DNA of 63,927 nucleotides, filler included, from Thermoplasmatota archaeon (GCA_041623215.1; 6 parts of 6 records of this genome joined end to end with filler, not necessarily neighbours in it); one strand, 5' to 3'. Positions 27,225 to 37,860 are shown, counted from the first letter of the whole stretch. Made by a program: numbers and translations. The notes: a model not told the origin generated them from the letters alone.

Positions 27225-28622
27225 ATGCCCGATGCCGGCGCAGGTGCCCGCTTGCTTGACCTGACCGACCCGACCTTGGTGTTTGGCGCGATTGCCGCGC
27301 TCATCTTCCTCGGTTTTCTCGGCAATGTCATCTTCACTCGATTCCGCCTCAATGACACCTTGATTCTCATCGCGGTCGGCGTCGTTCTTGGCCCGGTCAC
27401 CAAAACCGTTGACCCTGCGGCCGTGAGCGTGCTGACACCCATCGTGGGCTCATTGGCCCTGATTCTCATCCTGTTTGACGGCGGGCTAGCCATGAAGTTC
27501 AAGGACCTCCTGTCGGGGGTCGCTGGCGCCTCCGTTCTGGGCCTCATCGGCTTCACCTTGACAACAGCCGCCATTGGTTGGCTGACCGCCTTCTTCTACG
27601 ACCTGCCACTCTTGGTGGGTTTCATCCTTGGCGCCATCCTCGGCGGCACTTCCGCCTTGGTCGTCATGCCAAGCCTGGATAACATGGAGACGACGCCCCG
27701 GACACGGAGCATTCTCAACCTGGAATCGGCCCTCACGGACGTGCTCGTGGTCGTGGTGGCAAGCACCCTGATTGCTGTCGCGGCCCTCGGAACGGGCCCC
27801 GACGCAGGCGGCATCGCCGGCGGCTTGGTCAACACCTTCATTGTGGCGATTGTTGTGGGTGCCGCCACGGGCCTCCTCTGGCTTGCGGTTAGTCGGCCGG
27901 TGAATGCCAAGGCGTTTGGCTACATGGTCACGCTGGGCGTCATGTTCGTGCTCTACATCGTGGTCAACGACATCCTCGTGGATGGCGGCGGCCCCCTCGC
28001 GGTGTTAGCCTTCGGTTTGGTCATCGGTAACGGTGAATCATTGGGTGCGTGGTTCAAGGACCGGGTGGACGAGAGCTTCAGCAAAGGCATGAAGAAATTC
28101 CAGGGCGAAATTGCCTTCATTGTCCGCACCTTCTTCTTCGTCTACCTCGGCGTCTTGGTAGATCCAAAATTGCTGGCGGACCCAGCCACCATCACCTATG
28201 GCATCATTCTGTTTGCAGCCCTATTGGGTGCGCGCTACGTCGCTGTTGCGGCAGCCACCCGAAGCTTCAGCCTAGACCAAGAAGGCAAGGTGATTTGGGT
28301 CATGATGCCTCGGGGTCTGGCCGCCGCAGTATTGGCGGCTGTGCCAGCGTCCGTGGGCATCCCCGGCACCGAGGCCTTCGTCGCTTTGTCCTTCCTCCTC
28401 TTGGTGCTAACCAACCTCACCACGACCGTTGGGACACTGCTGCTGGAGGGCAGCAACGGCGGCGGAAACGGTGCGGCAGTGGCTAAGCCAGGGGCAACGA
28501 GTAGCGGCACCGCTTCCAAGACGGCCACGCGGCCAGGCGCCACGACCGTCCGCCGTACAACGAGTGGTGGAAGGGTCGTCAGGGAGGAAACGGTTACAAC
28601 CGTCACGCGCCGGAAACGCTGA
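27225..28622 (+). CDS. Cation:proton antiporter (CPA1/NhaP-like)
   Basis: ILFDGGL, GGTSALVV, LESALTDV, RTFFFVYLG, MMPRGLAAAVLA. Start may be TTG 27252. Confidence 0.9.
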   Translation: MPDAGAGARLLDLTDPTLVFGAIAALIFLGFLGNVIFTRFRLNDTLILIAVGVVLGPVTKTVDPAAVSVLTPIVGSLALILILFDGGLAMKFKDLLSGVAGASVLGLIGFTLTTAAIGWLTAFFYDLPLLVGFILGAILGGTSALVVMPSLDNMETTPRTRSILNLESALTDVLVVVVASTLIAVAALGTGPDAGGIAGGLVNTFIVAIVVGAATGLLWLAVSRPVNAKAFGYMVTLGVMFVLYIVVNDILVDGGGPLAVLAFGLVIGNGESLGAWFKDRVDESFSKGMKKFQGEIAFIVRTFFFVYLGVLVDPKLLADPATITYGIILFAALLGARYVAVAAATRSFSLDQEGKVIWVMMPRGLAAAVLAAVPASVGIPGTEAFVALSFLLLVLTNLTTTVGTLLLEGSNGGGNGAAVAKPGATSSGTASKTATRPGATTVRRTTSGGRVVREETVTTVTRRKR

Positions 28623-28725
28623 ACGGGTTTCGGTGGAATGGTCTCCTTGCGCCATGGCGGGGCACCGACTGCACCGCATGTGCGTCAGCCCAGCGTGGCG
28701 TTCGTCGAGGTTCAAACGCGCGCAG

Positions 28726-30072
28726 CTAGGCCGTTAGGTCACGGTGCATGGTCGTGGCGGCCCGGCGCGCTACAGCAATCGCTTCGATGATGCTGCTGGG
28801 TCCGAGGGTAATATCGCCCGCGGCAAAGATGCGCGGATGGCTGGTGCGGCCTTCCGCGTCCACTTCCACGTCGCGCCACTTGGTTAGCTCCACTGTGCCT
28901 TCGCAAGCATCCACGATGTCACTCGGATTTTGGCCCACGGCGAGCACGACTAGGTCTGCCTTGAGGAGCATTTCACTGCCGGGAATGGGACTTGGGCGTT
29001 GGCGGCCGGATTCGTCTGGCTCGCCCAGTTCCATTTGGGCGCACTCCACCCAGTCGACGTAGCCGGCGTCGTTGCCGATGATGCGGGTTGGATTGACCAG
29101 CATGAGGAACTTGACGCGCTCGTCGCGTGCTTGCACCACTTCTTCGGGGGCCGCCGTCATCTGCCGGCGGCCGCGGCGGTACACAATGTGGACCGACTTG
29201 GCCCCGCAGCGCAGGGCGTTTCTGGACACATCCATGGCGGTGGAGCCGCCCCCGATTACCACGATGCGCTTGTCGGTCAAATCGGGCTTTTCCTTGATTT
29301 CAAGGTCACGTAACCAATCAACGGCGTGAATGACCCCGTCGAGGTCTTCGCCGGGTGTGCGGATGGACTTTGGTCCATGGCAACCGACACCGAGGAAGAC
29401 TTGGTCGTGGCGCGCCAGCAACGACTCCAGCGTATGTTCAGAGTCGCTGCCCAGGCGCCAGTTTGTGACGAATTCAACGCCCCATTCCCGCAACTTGTCG
29501 CATTCTTGCTCAATGACGTCGCGGGGCAAGCGGTAGCTCGGAATGCCCACGTGGAGCATGCCGCCTAAGACCGGCAGCGCTTCGTAAACAGTCACGGCGT
29601 GACCGTTTCGAATCAGGTCGTACGCTGCTTGCAGGCCGGCAGGGCCTCCACCAACCACGCCGACAGATTTGCCGGTCGGCTCGGGACGTTGAATCTCGGG
29701 CCACTGTCCGTGGTCGTAGGCGGCGCGCTTGAGGCTACAGATGGCGACCGGTTCGCCTTTGATGCCAACCACGCAACTATCCTCGCACGGGTGGAAGCAG
29801 GTCCGGCCCAGCGTTCCCGGTAGGGGGTAGGTTTCGAGGGCAATGGCGAGGGACTTGTCGAAGTCTTCCTCGGCGATGGCCTGGATGTACTCCGGGGCTC
29901 TGGTCAGCGCCGGGCAGGCATACGTGCAGGGCTTGGTTTTGCAGTCAATGCAGCGTTGCGCCTCGGCCACGGCGAGCTTCTTGGTGTAGCCAAGAATGGC
30001 CTCGTCGTAGGAGCGGACCCGCGTTTTGGGGTCCCGTTCGGGCATCGGTGTACGATCTAGGACCATTGCCAT
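28726..30072 (-). CDS. GltD/SudA/NfnB-family Fe-S flavin NAD(P)-dependent oxidoreductase
   Basis: EAQRCIDC...PC...CP, GRTCFHPCEDSC, GGGPAG, GIPSYRLP, IGGGSTAMD, YRR, FAAGD. Confidence 0.88.
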   Translation of the reverse strand: MAMVLDRTPMPERDPKTRVRSYDEAILGYTKKLAVAEAQRCIDCKTKPCTYACPALTRAPEYIQAIAEEDFDKSLAIALETYPLPGTLGRTCFHPCEDSCVVGIKGEPVAICSLKRAAYDHGQWPEIQRPEPTGKSVGVVGGGPAGLQAAYDLIRNGHAVTVYEALPVLGGMLHVGIPSYRLPRDVIEQECDKLREWGVEFVTNWRLGSDSEHTLESLLARHDQVFLGVGCHGPKSIRTPGEDLDGVIHAVDWLRDLEIKEKPDLTDKRIVVIGGGSTAMDVSRNALRCGAKSVHIVYRRGRRQMTAAPEEVVQARDERVKFLMLVNPTRIIGNDAGYVDWVECAQMELGEPDESGRQRPSPIPGSEMLLKADLVVLAVGQNPSDIVDACEGTVELTKWRDVEVDAEGRTSHPRIFAAGDITLGPSSIIEAIAVARRAATTMHRDLTA

Positions 30073-30145
30073 GGGCCGACCTGATACCTGGGGAACGGTG
30101 CAACCTGAAAAGCCCGCCCATCGAGGCGGTGCCTCGCTTGGTCAC

Positions 30146-31489
30146 CTATTGCACGATTCGGGGCGCGAAAACCTGAATCAAGAAGGCGGCAAGGATGACG
30201 ATGCTGATGGCTCCGGCTGCCCGTCCCACCAGGCGGTCTCGGCGTTCGGCGTCCATGCGCGGCCGGACCCGCTCGGCAATGCTGCCGACGACATCGCGGA
30301 AGATATGCCCGCCGTCGAGGGGCAGCATGGGAAGGATGTTGGTGAGGCCCACCATGAGGTTGATCCAGAACACCCAGTACAGCAGCGTAGTAACAATCCA
30401 GAATCCATCGAAGGGCCCGGAAAAGAACGCGGGCAACAACACGGATAGGTACGGCGTGTCGTATAATTCGCCAAAGGGCAAGGCAACGACCGCGCCAAAC
30501 GCCGCGAGGCTCGTCGGCTTGCTCAGGGTCTGCTGGACCGCTTCGCCCTGGAAGATGCTTACACCAATGACCGAGTCGCTCACCGCAGCTTCGGCAAACG
30601 CGGGGTCCTGCTCCATCCAGTAGGCTTGCTCCTCTGCCGACCAACTGTCCCAGCGGCTCACGGTCACGAGCTCGGCTTCCCGGCCGTCGTGGGTTACCAC
30701 GTGGACGGTATCACCCGGCCGAACCGTGTCCATATAGTCTCCGAATGCGGCATTGTTGGCCATGGCTTGGCCGTCTGCCATGACAAGCCGGTCGCCCGGC
30801 AGAATGCCGGCGTCAGCGGCCGGCATGCCGGTCGTGACGGCCAGCACGTGGAGGCCCGGCTCTGGTTCGGCACTGGCCATCAGGCCGGCGAAGGCGAAGA
30901 AGACCGCTGCGGCGACCACGATGTTGACCATGGGTCCGGCGGCAAACACGCGCAACCGCTTTCGCCGCGAAGCTGTATTCAGGTCTTCTTCTTCCGGTTC
31001 GACGAAGGCGCCAATGGGTACAATGGCGAACAAAAGGCCCAGGCTCTTGACGCGCAGGTCATTGGCGCGGGCAAGAATTCCGTGGCCGCCTTCGTGGACC
31101 ACGAGCGTGATGATGAGCGCGGCAATACCGTACCACAGCGGCACCAGGGGATTGACGCCCGGGATTACCAGCACTTCGCTGGCCGTCGCTGGCCGGATGC
31201 CCGAGTCCGGCCGCAAACTGACCAGCATGGAAAACAGCATCAGCGCTGTCATGGCCAACATGCCCAGAATTGTGGTGGCCACGCCAAGATCTCCGAAGAA
31301 ATTCCACGCACGGCGCGGCCGACTCAGTGCGTCGATGGTCGCACGACCCTTCTGCGTGCGCACCATGAGGATGACGCCCAGCATGAGACTCAGGTTCCAG
31401 CGTTCCATGCGTCCGCTGCTAATGAGCCAGTAAAGGAATCCCATGTACGCCGCTAGGAGGGCGAGGAAAATGATCCAGCCGTTTGCCAC
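30146..31489 (-). CDS. Site-2 protease (M50) with PDZ domain
   Basis: HEGGH, GAFVEP, AAGPMVN, PDZ (MPAADAGILPGD), NILPMLPLDGG. Start GTG 31489 chosen. Confidence 0.92.
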   Translation of the reverse strand: MANGWIIFLALLAAYMGFLYWLISSGRMERWNLSLMLGVILMVRTQKGRATIDALSRPRRAWNFFGDLGVATTILGMLAMTALMLFSMLVSLRPDSGIRPATASEVLVIPGVNPLVPLWYGIAALIITLVVHEGGHGILARANDLRVKSLGLLFAIVPIGAFVEPEEEDLNTASRRKRLRVFAAGPMVNIVVAAAVFFAFAGLMASAEPEPGLHVLAVTTGMPAADAGILPGDRLVMADGQAMANNAAFGDYMDTVRPGDTVHVVTHDGREAELVTVSRWDSWSAEEQAYWMEQDPAFAEAAVSDSVIGVSIFQGEAVQQTLSKPTSLAAFGAVVALPFGELYDTPYLSVLLPAFFSGPFDGFWIVTTLLYWVFWINLMVGLTNILPMLPLDGGHIFRDVVGSIAERVRPRMDAERRDRLVGRAAGAISIVILAAFLIQVFAPRIVQ

Positions 31490-31550
31490 GAGGCGACGGG
31501 GTCCTCGCACCGCCATAAGGTTTCTTGTGGTGCCCCAGGTCCCCTTGGCC

Positions 31551-31895
31551 ATGGACGAATGTGCCGGGAACAGTGGGTGGGCGCTGGTTCGAACGACCGT
31601 TTCGAAGGCAGCCCACGCGCAAGAGCTGGCCCAGCGCCTCGTGGCTTCGGGACTGGCCTGCTGCGTGCATCAGAGCGCCATTCAATCCACGTACCGGTGG
31701 GCGGGACAAATGCAGCAGGACGAGGAGTGGCTCGTGGAGGCGCGGACGCAAATTCGTTTGGCGCGCCAGGTTGGTGATGCCCTTCGGGAAGGCCACCCGT
31801 ATGAGGTTCCCCTGGTGGAGGTGGTGCCCATTGGCCAACTGGATGGCCGCTACGCTGTCTGGGCCGAACAACTGCTCCAGGGCAATTTACCGTAG
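31551..31895 (+). CDS. cutA: Divalent-cation tolerance protein CutA
   Basis: LACCV, STYRWAG, EE, HPYEVP. Confidence 0.9.
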   Translation: MDECAGNSGWALVRTTVSKAAHAQELAQRLVASGLACCVHQSAIQSTYRWAGQMQQDEEWLVEARTQIRLARQVGDALREGHPYEVPLVEVVPIGQLDGRYAVWAEQLLQGNLP

Positions 31896-31911
31896 GTCGG
31901 CCGGGACGCCA

Positions 31912-32479
31912 TTATGGGGGGGCATGGTTGGCAATGGCAATCCGGCGCCGGGCGGCCACCTCACCTAGGATGCGCTCAGCCCAGGCAAGCTTGCGTCGTT
32001 TGGTTTCTGGCACCGTGCGATGCGAGTAGCGGGATGGCGCTTGCTTGGTTTCGAAGCCGACTAACTGCACATTCAAGCCGAGGGCCTCCGCCAGGAGAAC
32101 GGCCCGGTCGCCGTCCGTGAATCCCCCTGCGAGGGCTGTGCCGGGCACCGGGCTCAGCGATTGCCGCGTCGCTACAATCCGCTCGCCCAGGTGCGGGACT
32201 AGTTCCCGGATGGCCGGGACATTGTCTGCGTGGCCGTGCACCACCATCCAGGCGCCGCGCTCGGCAGCCCACTGCAGCGACTCCGGTTCGCCGTCCAAAT
32301 CCGTCACGACGATGTGAGGCGTTAGTTGCAACTCTTGGCAGCGGCTTGCGGCCCCGTCCGCGGCAATCACGATGGTGCCCCGAAGCGCGTCGGAGGTTGG
32401 GTTCCAGGCCGCAAGACCCGGCCCACAGCCAAGCACGGTGGCGTTGGTTGGCGCGTGGTCTTCGACGACTGCTTGCCGG
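31912..32479 (-). CDS. mptE: 6-hydroxymethyl-7,8-dihydropterin pyrophosphokinase MptE-like (DUF115), 5'-truncated
   Basis: AADGA, VVTDLDG, VHGHADN, GGFTDGDRA, KRRKLAWA. Confidence 0.85.
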
Positions 32480-32579
32480 NNNNNNNNNNNNNNNNNNNNN
32501 NNNNNNNNNNNNNNNNNNNNNNNTTAATTAATTAANNNNNNNNNNNNNNNNNNNNNNNNNNNNNNNNNNNNNNNNNNNN
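32480..32579. other. Artificial contig linker
   Basis: N44-TTAATTAATTAA-N44. Confidence 0.99.
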
Positions 32580-32965
32580 ACGACGTCATCGGCCCGCAAA
32601 GAGTCGTATTTTCCACCCCAGGCATCGAATTGGAAGCGAAGGGCGCGGCGGCCCTGCGGCCCGACCAGCGTTAAGGGACCGTAGTCGCGAATCCAACTAT
32701 CCACGTGTTCAACGCGATGCACCCTGACGCCGGGCTTGCTAGCCACCAGCGGAAGCTCTAGCTCGGGGTGGACAATGAGGTCGACGGGTTGACCGGAAGC
32801 GGCGATGGCCGCCGCCGCTTCACCGTACGCTTGGCGTGCCCACTCCAAGTGCTCCCCGGGCCAGGTGGTCTGGTCTCGAGGCCACACCATCCAGATTGAC
32901 TCTTGCTCCTCCCACTCAGCAGGCAGGCGAAAGCCGCGTTCGGCCAGGGTCGGTCGGATGGCCAC
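32580..32965 (-). CDS. aguA: Agmatine deiminase family protein, 3'-truncated
   Basis: FRLPAEWE...WMVWP, DSWIRDYGP, FDAWGGKY. Confidence 0.85.
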
Positions 32966-33031
32966 GAGGCGCCGACGCCCGGTGGCCGGTTTGAGGATGC
33001 CGGGCATCGCGCGTGCGCTGGGCAGGGGGCA

Positions 33032-34282
33032 TCAAGCGATTGTGGAGTCGGGCGGATCTTGTTCCACGCGCTCGTCCACGCGGCGGCGAAACAGGAAAGC
33101 AAGCGGTACGGCGAGGGCCAGCATCCCAGCGCCCACCACATACCCGGCGCCGTACCCGCGGTCTTCAGCAACTTTGGCCAGACCCAATTGGCTTCCAACG
33201 CCGCCCGCCGAGGCGAGCAGGCCATCGAAGCTCACAATGGTGGCTCGCTCGCCACTGGGAATGAGGCGGTGAAGAGCGGCTTGCTTGGCAGGGCCGATGA
33301 CGCCAAAGCAGAGCATCCCGACCAAGAAGGCGGCGACGGCGGGCCAAAAAGACTGGGCTAGGCCCACCAAGAGCATGGACGCCGCCAGGCCAATGCTGCC
33401 ACCGATCAGAATGCCAGTTCGGGTGAGTCGGCCATGCAGCCACCGGACCGCTTGATTGCCCACAATCATGGTTAGCGAGACGGCCGCGGCGATGACGCCC
33501 GCCACCCACACGGCATCCCGACCCAGCAGCGCGAGGAAGTGGGGTTGCCATGCATACCATCCCCAGACGAGGAAGCCCATTTGCACGAGGCTCATGAGCA
33601 TGAGCAGGCGGACAGCGGGTTTCTTCCAGCCGTGTTGCCAACTGTTCTTGGCCACGCGCTCCACTTCTTCGGGAAGATGCGACAGGCGGAAGGCGCGTGT
33701 CGTGAATCCATCGTCATGCATGAACAAATACACCAGCACCAGCAATCCCAGAAGGAGCGCTGCCCTGGCCACGTAGGGCAACGACAGGTCGAGCTGCCCC
33801 AGCAAGCCTCCAGACACCGTGCCAAGCAGCATGGACGCGGCAAACACCTGACTATTGCGAGCAAAAATGGGGTCCAAGTCCTCGGGGCCTCCGACCGCTT
33901 GCAAGGCATCCACAAACCAGGCATCCACCGCCCCCGAGTAGAAGGTGAACCCAAGGCCCAGAATAATGGACGCACCCGCCCACCACACAAAGGTCGTGAC
34001 GCCGAGTTCGGCGAGGCCGACATAGGCCAGCGTCCCCACGAACAGGGTGGCCACGCTCAGAAGGACACTAATGCGGCGGCCGCGCGTATCGGCAACCACG
34101 CCGGTTGGGATTTCGAACAAGACTTGCGCGGCCGTGAAGGCGGCGTTAGCTGCAAACACCTGGAAAATGGGCAGTCCGGCGTCGAGGAGAAACAGGGTGT
34201 TGACGCCCCAAATGAGACTGGCACTCAGGTTGTACAGGCCGGTCAACGCGTAGAAGGCGCCAATGACGCGGCGTGGGGTCAC
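33032..34282 (-). CDS. MFS transporter
   Basis: FEIPTGVVADTRGRR, FTFYSGA; about 12 TM. Confidence 0.9.
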   Translation of the reverse strand: MTPRRVIGAFYALTGLYNLSASLIWGVNTLFLLDAGLPIFQVFAANAAFTAAQVLFEIPTGVVADTRGRRISVLLSVATLFVGTLAYVGLAELGVTTFVWWAGASIILGLGFTFYSGAVDAWFVDALQAVGGPEDLDPIFARNSQVFAASMLLGTVSGGLLGQLDLSLPYVARAALLLGLLVLVYLFMHDDGFTTRAFRLSHLPEEVERVAKNSWQHGWKKPAVRLLMLMSLVQMGFLVWGWYAWQPHFLALLGRDAVWVAGVIAAAVSLTMIVGNQAVRWLHGRLTRTGILIGGSIGLAASMLLVGLAQSFWPAVAAFLVGMLCFGVIGPAKQAALHRLIPSGERATIVSFDGLLASAGGVGSQLGLAKVAEDRGYGAGYVVGAGMLALAVPLAFLFRRRVDERVEQDPPDSTIA

Positions 34283-34433
34283 GGGATGGCAAGGCACACG
34301 CCCATCTTGGACGTGCCCCTGTCCCAGCCAGTGCCCCATGCCCGCGTCCAGACCTCCCTAGGACCGCCACGTTGTCCGTTGGGAGGGCCGATGATTGTCC
34401 GCGTGAGCGGGGCTCACGGGCGGCGCGACCGCA

Positions 34434-34829
34434 TCATGCGGTGATTGTGGCGCCGGCGATGCGGTTGAAGCCGCCAATGCGGCCGGCAACCATACTGGGA
34501 TGCCAGTCGGCCAGGCCGACGCGCAGTTCTTCGTCCACGTTGCCAAAGACCTGAAGGCCTGCCAGTTCAGAACACTCCAGCAGCTTGGGAACATACTCGT
34601 TGGGTGCTACTCCGTTCAGGTGGGCCTTGGCTCCTTCGTTGCCGGCGAACCATTCGTGAATGACGGCGGTCTTGCCATCGTCATTCATGAACCATTCATA
34701 CACGATGGCTCCTGGTTCACTGCCCTCAACGGCCCGGCTGGTTTCGTTGCAAATGGTCCGGAACGCCGCAGCGTCCTTGACATTCCAGGTGGTCGTCCAT
34801 CCAATCAATTCATTGTCCATTGTTGTCAT
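34434..34829 (-). CDS. Dimeric alpha-beta barrel (ABM/quinol-monooxygenase-like) protein
   Basis: SEPGAIVYEWF...IHEWF...AHL pattern. Start 34829 or 34820. Confidence 0.7.
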   Translation of the reverse strand: MTTMDNELIGWTTTWNVKDAAAFRTICNETSRAVEGSEPGAIVYEWFMNDDGKTAVIHEWFAGNEGAKAHLNGVAPNEYVPKLLECSELAGLQVFGNVDEELRVGLADWHPSMVAGRIGGFNRIAGATITA

Positions 34830-34996
34830 CTCCAAGTTGCTCACCTGGCCACAACAGGTCCGTGGCCAAGGTTGAGGCGGACGACCCGCGTCTCCTACTA
34901 AACAAGACGACCAAGGGGACACGGCGCTACAATCAAGAAGGGGAAGGTTCAGTTCTAGGGAAGAAATTTCATTCGCCGCGCGTCCATACAGCGCCT

Positions 34997-35320
34997 GTGG
35001 CATATGACGAAGGGCTTGCCGAGCGGATGGCCGACTGTGTCCCGCCCCACGCCACGCAGAAGAAGATGTTTGGCGGCATCTGTTACCTCGACCGAGGGAA
35101 CATGGCGTGCGGCATCGTTGCCGACAAGCTGATGCTTCGTCTGACTAAGGAGTTGGTCGCCGAGTACCGCCGCGAGCCCCACACAGCGGACATGGACTTC
35201 ACGAAGCGGCCCATGCCGAGCATGATGTATGTGGACGCAGAAGGCATCGCTGATGACGACCAGCTGCGGTTGTGGGTGGACCGGGCATTTTCGTTTACGG
35301 CTGGACTGCCCAGCAAGTGA
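34997..35320 (+). CDS. TfoX/Sxy N-terminal domain protein
   Basis: AYDEGLAER, KKMFGG, GNMACG, DFTKRPM, LRLWV. Confidence 0.85.
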   Translation: MAYDEGLAERMADCVPPHATQKKMFGGICYLDRGNMACGIVADKLMLRLTKELVAEYRREPHTADMDFTKRPMPSMMYVDAEGIADDDQLRLWVDRAFSFTAGLPSK

Positions 35321-35432
35321 GCAATCGTCCCTCGCCCTTTGACCCGGTCGGCTCGAGTCGTCGTGGTAGGGCACGTGCTCTGTCAGCCAGAGAAAGGTGG
35401 CTGCCTAAGCCACATCCCGGTGTGTGGGTGTC

Positions 35433-36869
35433 ATGAGCCAAGACTCACACCGCTTGGTCGCGCATGGTATCCTCATGGCGGCCTGCCTGCTTGCCGCCGG
35501 CCTCGCCGGCTGTGTCACCAATCATTCGGGAGGGACGTCGTCACCCGCTCCGTCGGAGAGCACCCCTATCGATGCGCTTGAGACTTCCAGGAGCAACCCG
35601 GCCGCCGACCGCCCGTGGACCCTTACATGCCCCCACCAGGGAAAGGCCCCCCTCTGCGCAACGACATTTGGCCTTCCGGGGACAAGGCAACTGGAACCAT
35701 TCCTCGCCATCGACCCCTTTGACGATCGCCGGATGGCCTTGGCATTCATGGAGACCCAAGCGGTCGCTGACCAAGGCGGAGTCGCCCCCCTGGCGCTGAC
35801 GCTCCATACCTCGGACGACGGCGGGCAAACGTGGACACAAGCAAATCACCCTGGCGAACCGGAAGTGGGGGACGAAACCGGCATCCGTCTGGAGAACGAT
35901 CCTACCCTGGCCTTCGGGCCCAGTGGGCGCCTCCACATGGCCTGGCTGGCCTCACCCTCCCTCACCCTCAATGGTGATTCCTCCAGCGCCATTGCCTACG
36001 CGTTCTCCGACGATTTCGGCCTGCGATGGAGCGCGACGCATGTGTTTCGAGCCGACGGTGGCAGTGACCGGCCCTGGCTCGGCGTTGATTCCTCCGGTGA
36101 CGTGACCCTGGTTTGGCAGCAACCAACCTTGTCGCCGCAGACGACCAAGCCGCCGCTGCGCCTTGCCTCAAGCCACGACCGGGGGGAAACTTGGTCCGTT
36201 GCAACAAGGGCCATGCCCGCATGCAACGTGCCATCCGAACCGGTCATGGTTGACGGACAGATGCTCCTCACCTGCACGTCCTGGGCCAACGATGAGGCTG
36301 ACACGCTTGTGCTCCACGTAGGCCAGGACCTTCTCCTTGACGTCCGGGCCCAGGTGCTGCCAGGCATTGGTTGCGGCACAGGTCAGCTGTCGTCGGGAGG
36401 GGGCATACTCGCCTTTGCCTGCAGGGGTGGAGCCGTGGCCATTAGCGCCGACAATGGCCATACATGGACGCCGCCCACTTGGCTGTACGAGGCCTTCCCA
36501 CCAGACGGGCCCTGGTACCGCATCTATTGGATGGAAGTCGATTCCACCGGTCATGTTCACATCCTGCGCGGTAACAAGGGCGGCGACGGCACGCAAGGAC
36601 TGGAGCACCTGGTATTGAATCGCACCCTGAACAAGGTTGCGCCATCCACCACGCTCGCCCAAAGCCCCGTTGCCCCTCCCTTCGCTGGCCACTTTGACGC
36701 ACTCGCCACGGGCCAACTTCATGGCGCACTCGCGTGGGAGGACCCCGACAATCGCATTCGTATACTGCACCTTCACCCACCCCAGGCGGAACCGATTGTC
36801 CCGCCTGCTGGCAATAGTTCGGGGTCGCTTCCGCCCCTTTACCCTCTCAAGGTCGGAGCCCGGGCATGA
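35433..36869 (+). CDS. Lipoprotein with BNR/Asp-box (sialidase-like) beta-propeller
   Basis: LAGC lipobox; Asp-boxes SDDGGQTW, SDDFGLRW, SHDRGETW, SADNGHTW; DRPW. Confidence 0.8.
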   Translation: MSQDSHRLVAHGILMAACLLAAGLAGCVTNHSGGTSSPAPSESTPIDALETSRSNPAADRPWTLTCPHQGKAPLCATTFGLPGTRQLEPFLAIDPFDDRRMALAFMETQAVADQGGVAPLALTLHTSDDGGQTWTQANHPGEPEVGDETGIRLENDPTLAFGPSGRLHMAWLASPSLTLNGDSSSAIAYAFSDDFGLRWSATHVFRADGGSDRPWLGVDSSGDVTLVWQQPTLSPQTTKPPLRLASSHDRGETWSVATRAMPACNVPSEPVMVDGQMLLTCTSWANDEADTLVLHVGQDLLLDVRAQVLPGIGCGTGQLSSGGGILAFACRGGAVAISADNGHTWTPPTWLYEAFPPDGPWYRIYWMEVDSTGHVHILRGNKGGDGTQGLEHLVLNRTLNKVAPSTTLAQSPVAPPFAGHFDALATGQLHGALAWEDPDNRIRILHLHPPQAEPIVPPAGNSSGSLPPLYPLKVGARA

Positions 36870-37525
36870 CCCAGCAACTCCATCAATTGCGACAAAGGTC
36901 ACCCAGCATGGCCGATGCCTCCTTAGACGCCCTTACTGCATCGAAGCTCGTAGGCGAAGCGGCTCGGTACGAGGAGGGACTTACGGCACGGGTAGCTGGC
37001 TTGACATTGATGATGTGGGGGTGTGTCACCTTTGGCCTGTTCTTTATTTCCTACGCGCTGGCTGCTGGCGGCTCCGCCTTCTCGCCGTGGGCCGGGGTCG
37101 GGGTCCTAGCGGTCGTATTGGCCGCCTGCATCATCGCCACCAATTTGCTCTGGCAATGGCGGGCCCTGGGGGCCAACGTCGGGTTTCACCCCTGGCGCAT
37201 ATGGAGCCAAGGCGCCCTCTTGCTGGTAGCAGGCTTTGCCATCATGATCACCCTCGACCCCCTGGTACCAACCGACTCCAGTGTATCGCTGGCATTTGTG
37301 GCCGCATTCATCCTGCTATACCTTGGCATCCGCCTGCGGCGCCGGTGGGCTGGCCCGCCACGGATGCTCGCTGCGGCCATCATGCTGCTCGTGGTCAACC
37401 TTGCCTTGCTGGCTTGGGCCCCCCATTCCCTGCCTGAGCCGGATGCACGAACGCATACCATGGCAGCACTTGCTACCAGCGCGGCCATCTTCCTGCCAGG
37501 TTACTTCACATTCACGCGCGCATGA
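36866..37525 (+). CDS. Hypothetical multi-pass membrane protein
   Basis: About 6 hydrophobic segments; ATGA overlap with the downstream regulator. Confidence 0.7.
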   Translation: MTQQLHQLRQRSPSMADASLDALTASKLVGEAARYEEGLTARVAGLTLMMWGCVTFGLFFISYALAAGGSAFSPWAGVGVLAVVLAACIIATNLLWQWRALGANVGFHPWRIWSQGALLLVAGFAIMITLDPLVPTDSSVSLAFVAAFILLYLGIRLRRRWAGPPRMLAAAIMLLVVNLALLAWAPHSLPEPDARTHTMAALATSAAIFLPGYFTFTRA

Positions 37526-37827
37526 CGTTCGTGCTGGATGATGACCTGTCGCCGATTCACCAGCCCGTGCGCCTACGACTCATGGCGCTCTTGTTTCGCG
37601 AGCGCGACGTTGGCTTTGCCCAGGCGCGAGACGCACTTGGCCTCACCGACGGTAACTTGGGGGCCCACGCGAAAGTGCTCGAATCGCTTGGATGGCTGAC
37701 CTCCCGGCGCGCCTTGGAACCGACCGGGTTCCAGACTCGCTACCTGCTCACGGCTGCCGGCTCCCAGGCGTTCCGCCGCTACACCACAGCATTACAGGGC
37801 TTCTTGGATACGGTAGATGGCGGGTAG
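37522..37827 (+). CDS. Winged-helix transcriptional regulator (HTH_34/ArsR-like)
   Basis: IHQPVRLRLM, LTDGNLGAH, TRYLLTAAG. Confidence 0.88.
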   Translation: MTFVLDDDLSPIHQPVRLRLMALLFRERDVGFAQARDALGLTDGNLGAHAKVLESLGWLTSRRALEPTGFQTRYLLTAAGSQAFRRYTTALQGFLDTVDGG

Positions 37828-37860
37828 GACCTTGGCGGAGCCAGGACGCTCAGCGCGCCT

